From assembly GCA_965247115.1 (NCBI GenBank), contig CBDFGR010000002.1:256001-320000 (forward strand): a stretch of DNA of 64,000 nucleotides, read 5' to 3'. The stretch comes from Myxococcota bacterium (GTDB lineage Bacteria; Myxococcota_A; UBA9160; SZUA-336). Shown one piece after another: positions 18,774 through 27,313 of this stretch; the first letter of the stretch is position 1; each line of letters opens with the position of its first letter. Position numbers and translations under genes: made by a program. The notes beneath the pieces are model-generated. The model had not been told where the DNA came from, ran no database searches, and saw nothing but the letters and a program-made list of their open reading frames with translations.

Positions 18774-19583
18774 ATGCCCGATCCCGCCCCTTCCCCTCCC
18801 GACCCGAGGCATCCTCTCCCCGACCGTCTCGCCCAGCTGGACTCCCTGCACCTGAACACAGGTGCCTCCTCAAGCTTCGACGAAGGCCACTGCGCGCTCG
18901 AGGTGGTCGCCTGGCTCGCAGGGGAGGAGCACAGCGACCATCCGCAGTGCACGAGTGCCGTGGTCGGAGACTTCGTCCGCTGCTGGAATGACAACCTTTT
19001 AGACGAGGATCGAGACCGTCTGCTCAAGCCCCTGCTCCCCCGCCTCGTGGGATCGGAAGGAGATCCCGACACGGAGCTCGCCCGCTCCTACCTAGCCCTC
19101 GACTGGCTCTGCCGGGTCCATACGCCCGCATGGCTGGATCTCGTGGAGAGTCTGAGCCCGCATGCCGCGAAGCTGCGCGGACTCGGCGAGATCACGGACC
19201 TCGTTCGTGCAAGCGCGGCGCAGCCGATGATCCGTGCTGCGAGGGACGCTGCGGGGGACGCTGCGAGGGACGCTGTGGGGGCCGCTGCGGGGGACGCTGC
19301 GAGGGACGCTGTGGGGGCCGCTGCGGGGGCCGCTGCGAGGGTCGCTGCGTGGGACGCTGTGGGGGCCGCTGCGGGGGCCGCTGCGAGGGTCGCTGCGGGA
19401 GCCGCTGTGGGGGCCGCTGCGGGGGACGCTGCGAGGGTCGCTGCGGGAGCCGCGGCGGGGGCCGATGCGAGGGTCACCGCGTGGGACGCTGCGAGTGCCG
19501 CGCTCGAGCCGACCGTGCTCACGCTCCAGGATTCGGCACGCGATCTCGTTTGTCGAATGCTCGCGGTGGGGGAGTCCGCATGA
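18774..19583 (+). CDS. Phage protein with Ala-rich tetrapeptide repeat (AARD/AAWD)
   Basis: CALEVVAWLAGEEHSDHPQC N-domain plus 22 tetrapeptide units. Confidence 0.8.
   Translation: MPDPAPSPPDPRHPLPDRLAQLDSLHLNTGASSSFDEGHCALEVVAWLAGEEHSDHPQCTSAVVGDFVRCWNDNLLDEDRDRLLKPLLPRLVGSEGDPDTELARSYLALDWLCRVHTPAWLDLVESLSPHAAKLRGLGEITDLVRASAAQPMIRAARDAAGDAARDAVGAAAGDAARDAVGAAAGAAARVAAWDAVGAAAGAAARVAAGAAVGAAAGDAARVAAGAAAGADARVTAWDAASAALEPTVLTLQDSARDLVCRMLAVGESA
19236..19499 (+). repeat. 12-bp tandem repeat, 22 degenerate units (GCTGCGRGGGHC-like)
   Basis: Directly visible; encodes AARD AAGD AVGA AAGA AARV AAWD. Confidence 0.95.
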
Positions 19584-20482
19584 CTCCCTCCTCCCCTCTC
19601 CGCAGCGATCTGAAGAGATGGGCGAGAGAGTCGAAGCCAGGCGTCTACCGTGGCCTCTCCGAGACCGAGTACGACGCGATCGACGCGGTCCGCAGCACGA
19701 AGCTCAGCTACTTCGCCGACGGTAGGACGCCCGCGCACGCGAAGTACCTGATCGACCACCCTCCGCCCCCGAAGGATCACCTCGACATCGGCGCCGCTCT
19801 GCACTGCGCCGTGCTCGAGCCGGAGAAGTTCGACGACGAGTGGGTCGTCGCTCCTAAGGTCGACCGCCGCTACAAGAAGGACAAGGCCATCTGGGCCGAG
19901 TTCGAGGCGGAGAACGCGGGCAAGGGGATTCTGAAGCGCCAGGACATGAACCTGGTCTTGGCGATGCGCGACGGGGTCAACCGGAACGAGCTCGCGCGCC
20001 GGCTGCTGAAGGGGGCGGGGCAGAACGAGCTCACGCTTGTTTGGGAGGACGAGCAGTCGGGTCTGCTTTGCAAGGCGAGACTCGACCGGATCACGGAGTA
20101 CGAGGGCTACGTCATCGTCGTCGACCTGAAGACGACGGCGCGGCTCGCTTCCAAGGAAGCGTTCGCGCGAGCGATGGGAGACTTCGGCTACCACCGTCAG
20201 GAGGCGTTCTACCGGATGGCGATGGACGCGCATTTCGGCGAGATGCCGCGTCGGTTCGTCTTCATCGTGATCGAGAAGGCGGCTCCGCACATCGTCGCGA
20301 CGCATGAGACCGGGCCGGAGTCTCTCGATGCGGGTCAGCGTGAAGTGCGCACGCATCTGACGGAGTACGCCGCGTGTACGGAGTCGGGCGTCTGGCCTGG
20401 ATACGGAACGTCGACGCTACTGACCGAGCTGCCACCGTGGCGGCTGCGACGAGTCGAAAGAGACGAAGAGGTCGTGTTTTGA
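19580..20482 (+). CDS. RecE/exonuclease VIII-like PD-(D/E)XK exonuclease (DUF3799-type)
   Basis: GAALHCAVLEPEKF, CKARLD, VDLKTT, FGYHRQEAFY, WPGY; ATGA overlap. Confidence 0.9.
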   Translation: MTPSSPLRSDLKRWARESKPGVYRGLSETEYDAIDAVRSTKLSYFADGRTPAHAKYLIDHPPPPKDHLDIGAALHCAVLEPEKFDDEWVVAPKVDRRYKKDKAIWAEFEAENAGKGILKRQDMNLVLAMRDGVNRNELARRLLKGAGQNELTLVWEDEQSGLLCKARLDRITEYEGYVIVVDLKTTARLASKEAFARAMGDFGYHRQEAFYRMAMDAHFGEMPRRFVFIVIEKAAPHIVATHETGPESLDAGQREVRTHLTEYAACTESGVWPGYGTSTLLTELPPWRLRRVERDEEVVF

Positions 20483-21555
20483 ACTGCAAGAGCTGCAACG
20501 CCCCGGAGGGCTCCCCGCACGGAACAAACTGCAAGGTTCACCCTCCGGGCTCCAGCGAAGAGAAGCCCGAGATGGAGGAGCAACGCGGGGTCGCCACGAT
20601 CGACGATTCCACTGGGGCGATCGCGGACATGAGCGAGGGCGGGCTGCGTCCGACCAACGCAAAGGAGCTCGCCGCGCTCGCGAAGCAGGCGGCCCTCTCG
20701 AGCCTGGTTCCCGAGCCCTTCCGCAACAAGCCGAACGACTGCTTCGTCGCGATGGCGATGGGGAGAGAGATCGGCTTCGACGCGTTCCAGAGCTTGCAGA
20801 TGTTTCACGTCGTCAAGGGGAAGGTAGGTCTTCCCGGCGAGGCGATGGTGGCGATCATCCGGAGTCGCGAAGAGTGCGAGTCGCTCAGGATGGGCACCGA
20901 GGGGTCGCTCGAGGATGGAAACCTTACGGGGTGGGTCGTCTCAAAGCGGCGCGGTCAATCTGAGAACGACAAGGTGACCTTCAGTCTAGAGGACGCGATG
21001 CTGGCTGGGCTCTACCCCGGCAAGAAGGATCGCAACGGCGAGCCGAGCGTCTGGTCAAAGTACCCGAAGGACATGCTCATCTGGAAGGCCGTAGCGCGCG
21101 ACTGCCGACGGAACTGGGCCGACATGACCCGGCGTGTTCCCGTCGCTGAGGACATGCCCGGCTACGGCGAGTCAAGGCTTGAGATCAACGTCACACCGCC
21201 GCGCGAGGAGACTCCGACGGCGGACCCGGCTCGTGCACTCTTCGCGGGTGAGTCGATCGAGCCTGAGATCGTCGGACCCGAGGGGCCCGGCGGTCCCGCT
21301 GCACCGAACGCAGAGCCTGCGAACGCCGGGACGCCCTCTGACGATGCGAATGCAACGGGTCGCCCGGCTCCGAGTGAGGGATCCAGTGAGGCCACGCCGG
21401 AGCCGGGACTTCCCAACGAGGACGGCCCGAAGTTCTCGGCGCTACCCGAGGACTTCGACCCGAGTCGCGACAACTGCCCCGACTGCGAGCGCACGGCTGA
21501 TCTCGGTCACAACCCGGGGTGCTCCATCGCGAAGCTGCTGAAGGAGCAGAGGTGA
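20479..21555 (+). CDS. RecT/Bet-like ssDNA annealing protein
   Basis: SSLVPEPFRNKPNDCFVAMAMGREIG, VTFSLEDAMLAGL, WSKYPKDML; follows RecE. Confidence 0.85.
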   Translation: MNCKSCNAPEGSPHGTNCKVHPPGSSEEKPEMEEQRGVATIDDSTGAIADMSEGGLRPTNAKELAALAKQAALSSLVPEPFRNKPNDCFVAMAMGREIGFDAFQSLQMFHVVKGKVGLPGEAMVAIIRSREECESLRMGTEGSLEDGNLTGWVVSKRRGQSENDKVTFSLEDAMLAGLYPGKKDRNGEPSVWSKYPKDMLIWKAVARDCRRNWADMTRRVPVAEDMPGYGESRLEINVTPPREETPTADPARALFAGESIEPEIVGPEGPGGPAAPNAEPANAGTPSDDANATGRPAPSEGSSEATPEPGLPNEDGPKFSALPEDFDPSRDNCPDCERTADLGHNPGCSIAKLLKEQR

Positions 21556-21740
21556 CACGAACCACCGACCAAGAGTTGGTCGACCGCGTCCCCTGTGAGG
21601 GCTCCGAGGACTGCGAGCAACTGGTCGATCGCGACGGCTTCCGTCTCTGCGCCGAGCATATGAAGGAGGCATGGGACGGGATGGAGGAAGCGGAGAACAC
21701 GCCTCCGTCTCGCAGACCGAGGCGAAGAGATGGCAACTGA
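21552..21740 (+). CDS. Small hypothetical protein
   Basis: GTGA overlap and AAGGAG RBS; C..C..CxxH. Confidence 0.5.
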   Translation: MTRTTDQELVDRVPCEGSEDCEQLVDRDGFRLCAEHMKEAWDGMEEAENTPPSRRPRRRDGN

Positions 21741-21819
21741 GCCGACGGCTCGACTTGCCATGATCTGCGGTGTGGTCTGGTATGGTGCGATCCAGCTTGT
21801 GGGAACGCTCGTGCCATGA
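21730..21819 (+). CDS. 29-aa hydrophobic peptide
   Basis: MATEPTARLAMICGVVWYGAIQLVGTLVP; bridges the gap and ends in an ATGA overlap with xis. Confidence 0.4.
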   Translation: MATEPTARLAMICGVVWYGAIQLVGTLVP

Positions 21820-22073
21820 AGGACCCGTGCTGGAGTCTCGATCAGTGTGCAGAGTTCCTTCAGTGCAGCACCAAGACCGTGCGAAAGATGATGAGGGGCG
21901 GATTCCCGCACTTCTACGTGGGCCGGAGACCTCGGTTCCGTCCGGAGGCGGTAAGGGAGTGGGTGCATGAGCAAGAACGGAGTCGCCCCCATAGCCTCAC
22001 CGTCGCTGCGGATCGAATCCGGGAGTCCCGTGTCCAGGAGCGCATCCTGAGAAGAGCCGCCCGTGTCTCGTAA
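21816..22073 (+). CDS. Excisionase-like HTH protein
   Basis: WSLDQCAEFLQCSTKTVRKM...PHFYVGRRPRF; overlaps integrase start. Confidence 0.85.
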   Translation: MKDPCWSLDQCAEFLQCSTKTVRKMMRGGFPHFYVGRRPRFRPEAVREWVHEQERSRPHSLTVAADRIRESRVQERILRRAARVS

Positions 22074-23412
22074 GGCAGACGGCCCTCGAATCTTCAAGCG
22101 TGGCGCGCACTACTACGTGGAGTACGTAGAAGGCAACGAGATACTCATCCCCCGTCAGTCCCTCCGGACCAAAGACGCCGGGAAAGCAAGGGCCGCTGCG
22201 TCGAGGCTCATCCTGGAGTATGAAGAGCGCGGCTACACACCAGAGGGTGACGAGCTCCTCTTCCGAGACGCAGCCGCCGCCTACCTCAAGCACGGGATGT
22301 CGAACCTGGCAGGTACAACGCAGGATGACCACAGAAATCATCTCCGTCTTGGCGGAATGCTGGACCGGGCTTTTGGCGACATCCCGATATCTCAACTCAC
22401 GGATGAGTCGCTACTCCGGTGGTGGGAAGAGAGCATCGAGGGGAAGCGAGCGACAAGTACGGGACGGCGATATCTCGATAGCGTCTCGGCAATTATGCGC
22501 CGAGCCCGTCGTCACCGGCTCATCGTGCACAATCCCGTCGTAGACTTTCAGGCCATTATCCGGGAGGAGAACAAGACCAAGAAGGGCAGAGCTCTAAGTG
22601 AGGCGGGGAAGCATGTCCGGCCTATTGAGGACCCCGCGGAAATCGAACGCATCCTTGCTTCGGCCCGAGAGGAGAGTCTAGAAGATCACGTGCTGGTGCT
22701 GCTCATGCTCGACGCTGGACTGCGCATCGGAGAAGCCATGCAGATCCGCTGGCGGGCAGTCAACTGGGGAGAGGACGAGAACGACCTAGGCCGCAGCCTC
22801 GAGATCTCGGAGTCGAACCCCAGAGGCATGTACCCCGGTGATCCACCCAAGAGTGGGAGGACGCGCTATGTGGATCTCTCCAGGCGGCTACGACGGGTCC
22901 TGATGGAGCTCTACACACAAGAGTTCCGGCCCAGCCCGGATCGTGTCATTGTGCCGCGCGACCAGGGCAACTGGAGGCAGAGGCAGTGGCGCAGAATCCT
23001 GGCGCGTGCCGGGACCACTCGAGCGTGGCGACCGAAAGATCTGCGCGACACCTTCGCGAGCCAGCTGCTCTCGAATGGTCAGGAGCTCGTGCACATCGCC
23101 GACCAGCTGGGCCATTCGTCCGTGGGCGTGACGGAGCGTCACTACACCAAGTACATCCGTCGCAAGAGGTATCAGCCGACACCGCCACTAGCCTATGGCG
23201 AGCTCCCGACGGACGCGCTGGCTCGGCTTGGCGCGCCCAATAAACGTCCACAAAGCGGACACTCGGGGTTTTCAGACCAACACGCTCCTGGCGACAGTGC
23301 AGAAACTGTTAGCAATGTCGCGGGCTTCCGTGGTGAGCGCGGCCGGGATCGAACCGGCGACCGGCGGATTCGGAGTCCGCAAGGATCAGGTCTCGCAGCG
23401 TCCGGTCCTTGA
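22063..23412 (+). CDS. int: Tyrosine integrase
   Basis: GLRIGE, PKSG, KDLRDTFAS (K in place of H), LGH, HY catalytic motifs; tail reads across att. Confidence 0.95.
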   Translation: MSRKADGPRIFKRGAHYYVEYVEGNEILIPRQSLRTKDAGKARAAASRLILEYEERGYTPEGDELLFRDAAAAYLKHGMSNLAGTTQDDHRNHLRLGGMLDRAFGDIPISQLTDESLLRWWEESIEGKRATSTGRRYLDSVSAIMRRARRHRLIVHNPVVDFQAIIREENKTKKGRALSEAGKHVRPIEDPAEIERILASAREESLEDHVLVLLMLDAGLRIGEAMQIRWRAVNWGEDENDLGRSLEISESNPRGMYPGDPPKSGRTRYVDLSRRLRRVLMELYTQEFRPSPDRVIVPRDQGNWRQRQWRRILARAGTTRAWRPKDLRDTFASQLLSNGQELVHIADQLGHSSVGVTERHYTKYIRRKRYQPTPPLAYGELPTDALARLGAPNKRPQSGHSGFSDQHAPGDSAETVSNVAGFRGERGRDRTGDRRIRSPQGSGLAASGP

Positions 23413-24688
23413 GGCGCTCCGCGACGGCGCGGCCGATCGACGCCAGGACATCGTCGACGCCGGAAGACGCCGGCAAGCGCCGCGGGCCCTGCAGGGTCCT
23501 GTTCCCTTCGCGTCTGACGGCATCGAGAATCTGCGCGACGTCGACGAGCTCGGGCGCCCGACCGGGCATGTACGAGAGCTCGGGACCTGCGGCGTTGAGC
23601 AGCAGCCCGTGTCGCTCGAGCGACAGCAGGACGTCTTCTACCAGATCGATCGAGATCCCGCTCCAGCGTGCCAGAGCCCGCAGCGTCTCCGGCGCGCCGC
23701 CGGCAAAGTGCGCTCGACCGATCCGGGTCATCAGCAGCAGCGCCAGCTTCTCCCGGTCCTGGCCCGACAGGAGCCGAGCTTCTCCCTCGGGAGTGAGCTG
23801 CTCGGGGTACTGTACGTAGAAGGCGAGACGCGCCCCGATCAGCAGGATGAGCCAGCTCACGTAGAGCCACATGAGGAACAGGATCAGCACGGCGAAGCCG
23901 GAGTAGATGGCCGTGTAACGCGTGGATGACGCGACCACAGTCGCAAAGCCGAAGCCCAGGCCCTCCCAGAGAGCTCCGGCAACCACGCCGCCGATCAGCG
24001 CCGCACGCAGCTGCACCTTCGCATTCGGCACGAACGCGTACACGAACGTGAACGCCGCGATTACCAAAAGATAAGGAACGAGCTCTCTCACCATATCGAC
24101 GGCGCTGCCGAGCGCCTGTACTTCCGTGAGGCGCTGAACGGCGGAGGCGCCCGCAAGCGAGGCCGTGAGTCCGATCGCCGAGAACATCAGCACGGGACCT
24201 ACCATCACGACGGAGAGGTAGTTGCTGAAGCGCTGACCCAGGCTGCGACTCTGACGCGTGTGCCACGCGTAGTTGAACGAGCCCTCGATCTTTTGAATCA
24301 GGGAGATAACCGTGTAGAGCAGCATGGCAAGGCCGAGAGAGCCCAGGATGCCGACGCGCATGTTGTCGACGAAGCCGATCACGTTCTGGCTGATGTCTGC
24401 GCCTCTCTCGCCGAGGGGCGCGAGAAAGCGCAGCAGGAGTGGCTCGATCTGGTTGTGCACGCCGAAGCCTTTGAGCACGGAGAAGCTCAGCGCAAGCAGC
24501 GGGACGAGCGAGAGCAGGCTCGTATAGACGAGACTCATGGCGTGGAGGGTCAGCTGGCCCTCTCGAATATCCACGACGAGCGCGTATACCGTGCGCAGCG
24601 CCCGCATTCCCAGGGCACTCAGCGCGGGCCGTCCGGCGAGATCTACGCGCCAGATCGCGCGCTCGATGACGTCACCCAGGCCCCTCAT
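23309..24688 (-). CDS. YihY/BrkB-family membrane protein with C-terminal winged helix; extreme C-terminus phage-derived
   Basis: AMSLVYTSLLSLVPLLA, IEGSFNYAW, AIYSGFAVLILFLMWLYVSW. Confidence 0.92.
   Translation of the reverse strand: MRGLGDVIERAIWRVDLAGRPALSALGMRALRTVYALVVDIREGQLTLHAMSLVYTSLLSLVPLLALSFSVLKGFGVHNQIEPLLLRFLAPLGERGADISQNVIGFVDNMRVGILGSLGLAMLLYTVISLIQKIEGSFNYAWHTRQSRSLGQRFSNYLSVVMVGPVLMFSAIGLTASLAGASAVQRLTEVQALGSAVDMVRELVPYLLVIAAFTFVYAFVPNAKVQLRAALIGGVVAGALWEGLGFGFATVVASSTRYTAIYSGFAVLILFLMWLYVSWLILLIGARLAFYVQYPEQLTPEGEARLLSGQDREKLALLLMTRIGRAHFAGGAPETLRALARWSGISIDLVEDVLLSLERHGLLLNAAGPELSYMPGRAPELVDVAQILDAVRREGNRTLQGPRRLPASSGVDDVLASIGRAVAERLKDRTLRDLILADSESAGRRFDPGRAHHGSPRHC
23331..23380 (-). 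other. att site: 3' half of tRNA-Arg(CCG)-like gene, 5' half absent
   Basis: Minus strand GCGGA-CTCCGAA-TCCGC CGGTC GCCGG-TTCGATC-CCGGC CGCGCTC A CCA; no D arm or 5' acceptor strand upstream. Confidence 0.9.
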
Positions 24689-25950
24689 ATCGTCCCGGCC
24701 TCAGCAAGTCCCGGGAGCGTAGCCGCGTCTACCCCGAGCTCGTCGCAGTAGACCTCGTGGTTGTGCTCGCCAAGCAGTGGCGCACGCCTTCGCACGCGAA
24801 CGGGCGTGCCCGAGAACCGGTAGGGCGCCGTGGGAATGCGCGCGGAGCCCGCGTGGCCCCGCACATCGAGCGCGTCGAAGAAGCCGCGGTCTTCCCAGTG
24901 CGGGTCGTCGAGGTTCTCCTCCGGCTGCCGCACGATCCCCCACGGCAGGTGCAGCGCCTGCGCGCCACGGTACGCCTCTTCCGCGCTGATGCGCGCAAGG
25001 AAGCGCTCGACCACGCTGCCGAAGTGGGCCTGCTCCGTCGGGGAAGCCCGTGAGATCGCCACGCGGTACTCCGGGTCGCGCAGATCTTCCACGGCATCGT
25101 GCTTTTCCATCCAATCGAGCAGCCCGTTGAAAGTCCGGAGGTCGCGGGGCATGCCGCCGCCAATGATGTTGATGTACCGTCCGTCCGCGGTGGGGAACTG
25201 CCATGGCGAGGTCATCTCGGGCGACGAGTGTCGACCGGTCTGACGCTGGACGAGCTCCCGGCGGTACTCCCAGTTCGGAAAGGCTCCCTCGGTCGTGCAG
25301 CTGACCGCCTCGTGGATCGAGAGGTCGACCAGCTCGGGGCCTTCCACCCGCCCGCCTTCCAGCGCGATCCGCGCCGCCAGAGTGCCGCAGACCGCGTACT
25401 CACCCGCCATCCAGAGCGAGTGCTCGTAGCCCGGGCGAATTGGCGGCAGCTCGTGATCGTCGTAGCCGCTACTCATCATCGGCCCTCCGAGCGCAATGTG
25501 GACGAGGTCGTTTGCTGCCCAGTCTGCGCGTGGACCTTCGCGGCCGAACGGCGTGATCGAGCACCATACGCTGCGCTCGAGCCCAGCGTGTCCGGCCCAG
25601 TGCCCGAAGCCTGCATCCAGCGCGTCGAGAACGCCGCGCCCTGCCGCGTCGATCACGACATCGGCAGATTCGCTGAGCCGCCACCACAGCTCGCGTCCCT
25701 CAGAGGACCCCAGCTCGAGCGTCACGCCGCGCTTGCTCGTGTTGAAGTAGGCGTAACGAAGCGAGCGATCGGGACCAGGGCGACCACCGACAAAGGGTCC
25801 GAGGCTCCGGGCGGCCGAGCCGGACGGGGGCTCCACCCGGATCACATCCGCTCCGGCATCGGCGAGCAGCTTGCCCGCAACCTCTCCGAGATCGCCGATC
25901 TCCACGACGCGCAGCTCCTGAACCGGGCCAGGGCTCGCCCCCGTGCTCAC
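24685..25950 (-). CDS. CaiB/BaiF family III CoA-transferase subunit
   Basis: AGKLLADAGADVIRVEPPSG, NTSKRGVTL, APLLGEHN; GTGA overlap. Confidence 0.9.
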   Translation of the reverse strand: MSTGASPGPVQELRVVEIGDLGEVAGKLLADAGADVIRVEPPSGSAARSLGPFVGGRPGPDRSLRYAYFNTSKRGVTLELGSSEGRELWWRLSESADVVIDAAGRGVLDALDAGFGHWAGHAGLERSVWCSITPFGREGPRADWAANDLVHIALGGPMMSSGYDDHELPPIRPGYEHSLWMAGEYAVCGTLAARIALEGGRVEGPELVDLSIHEAVSCTTEGAFPNWEYRRELVQRQTGRHSSPEMTSPWQFPTADGRYINIIGGGMPRDLRTFNGLLDWMEKHDAVEDLRDPEYRVAISRASPTEQAHFGSVVERFLARISAEEAYRGAQALHLPWGIVRQPEENLDDPHWEDRGFFDALDVRGHAGSARIPTAPYRFSGTPVRVRRRAPLLGEHNHEVYCDELGVDAATLPGLAEAGTI

Positions 25951-27215
25951 AGCGCCTCTTCCTCGCGCAGCTGCACGATCTCCGACTCGCGATAGCCCAA
26001 GCGCCGGAGGACGTCGTCTGTGTGCTCTCCGAGCGCAGGGGCGCCGCGGCGCACGCTCCAGCCAAGTCGGCGCAGCTGGAACGGCAGGCCCTCGTAGTGG
26101 CGCGGTCCGAGCTCCGCGCTCGGTGCCATCGGGTAGAAGCCGCGTGCGTCCAACTGCTGGTCGCGCTCCATCTTGTCCTGCGTCGTCTGCGCTACGCCTG
26201 CGGGGACGCCGCGAGCCTGGAGTGCGTACATGAGCTCGTGCGGCTCGCGGCTCCGCGTGCGGGCCTCGATGGCCCGGTCGAGCTCGCCCTGGTTCGCCAC
26301 GCGCGCGGCGTTCGTCGTGAAGCGCGCGTCGGTATCGATCTCCAGCGCGTTCAGCACCTCGCACAGCGCTTGCCACTGTGCGTCGGTCTCGGCAGCGATC
26401 GCGATCCAGCGATCGTCTCCTGCACAGCGGTACGTGTTGTGCGGCGCCACGTTCGGAAAGCTCGAGCTATTGCCGCTGCGTTCCGATGACCTCCCGTTGA
26501 TCTGGCGGTCGAGCATCTGCACGCCGCACATCATCATCCCCGTCTCCACCTGGGAGAGATCGATGCGTTGCGCACCTGCCCCCCGGGCGCGCTGCCGGAG
26601 CGCCATCAGGAGCGCGATCGCGCCGTAGTAGCCAGCAGAGTGGTCGAGATAGGAGAAGCCCCAGCCGGCTGGCGGCTGATCCGGGAGTCCGGACAGGTAC
26701 GTCAGCCCGGAGACGGCTTGCGCCGTGGGTCCCCAGGTCACATAGGAGTGGTCGCGGCCCTCATGGCCGAAGCCCGAGAGCGACAGGTAGATCAGCTCGG
26801 GGTTCAGCTGGCGCAGCCGCGGCCACGAGAACCCCATGCGCTCGAACGCTCCCGGGCTGTAGTTCTCCGCGACGATGTCCGCCTCCGCGATGAGCCGCTC
26901 GGCCGCCTCGCGGCCGCCGGGGTGATGCAGATTGAGCGTGATTCCCAGCTTGTTGCGGTTCAGATTGTTGAAGAGGCCCGAGCGGTTGAGCGATCGCGCG
27001 CCATCCTTGGCCGGAACCGCGAAGCGCAGCGAGTCGAGGTAGTCCTCGTTCTCGATCCGGATCACCTCGGCTCCGAGGTCCGCCAGAATCCGCGTGGCCT
27101 GCGGACCGGCGACGATCCAGGTGAAATCGACGACCCGCACCCCTTCAAGCGGAAGCGGCCGGCCCCCGCTGTCGTCCTGCGGTTCCGAGTCGCGAGGGTC
27201 CCGGGTCTCCGCCAT
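25947..27215 (-). CDS. CaiB/BaiF family III CoA-transferase
   Basis: PLEGVRVVDFTWIVAGP, NRNKLGITLNL, SYLDH, APALGEHT. Confidence 0.93.
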   Translation of the reverse strand: MAETRDPRDSEPQDDSGGRPLPLEGVRVVDFTWIVAGPQATRILADLGAEVIRIENEDYLDSLRFAVPAKDGARSLNRSGLFNNLNRNKLGITLNLHHPGGREAAERLIAEADIVAENYSPGAFERMGFSWPRLRQLNPELIYLSLSGFGHEGRDHSYVTWGPTAQAVSGLTYLSGLPDQPPAGWGFSYLDHSAGYYGAIALLMALRQRARGAGAQRIDLSQVETGMMMCGVQMLDRQINGRSSERSGNSSSFPNVAPHNTYRCAGDDRWIAIAAETDAQWQALCEVLNALEIDTDARFTTNAARVANQGELDRAIEARTRSREPHELMYALQARGVPAGVAQTTQDKMERDQQLDARGFYPMAPSAELGPRHYEGLPFQLRRLGWSVRRGAPALGEHTDDVLRRLGYRESEIVQLREEEAL

Positions 27216-27313
27216 GCACGCTCCTCACGCTGTCGGCTCGTGTGAGCCTGCGTGCGCAGCGGGCTGGCTGTCAAGCTCGGGTAGAATCGGCCAGAGCGAG
27301 GAGGTCGCAAGCC

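Larger units (their letters stand above)
1..23380. mobile_element. Prophage (right arm; left end lies outside the window)
   Basis: Contiguous terminase, portal, capsid, replication, cro/cI, RecET, xis and int genes ending at a tRNA 3'-half att-like sequence; host metabolic genes start immediately after. Confidence 0.95.

Noticed and set aside
19236..19499. CRISPR array or DGR template/variable repeat
   Set aside because: Contiguous 12-bp coding units without spacers; no cas or reverse transcriptase gene recognised in the window
19130..19579. Cys-rich (GRCG)n N-terminal extension of RecE in the ORF track
   Set aside because: Alternative-frame reading of the 12-bp repeat; RecE has its own ATG at 19580 with RBS and ATGA overlap
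23331..23410. Complete tRNA-Arg gene
   Set aside because: No D arm or GAGCGCG 5' acceptor strand upstream on the minus strand; only the 3' half exists
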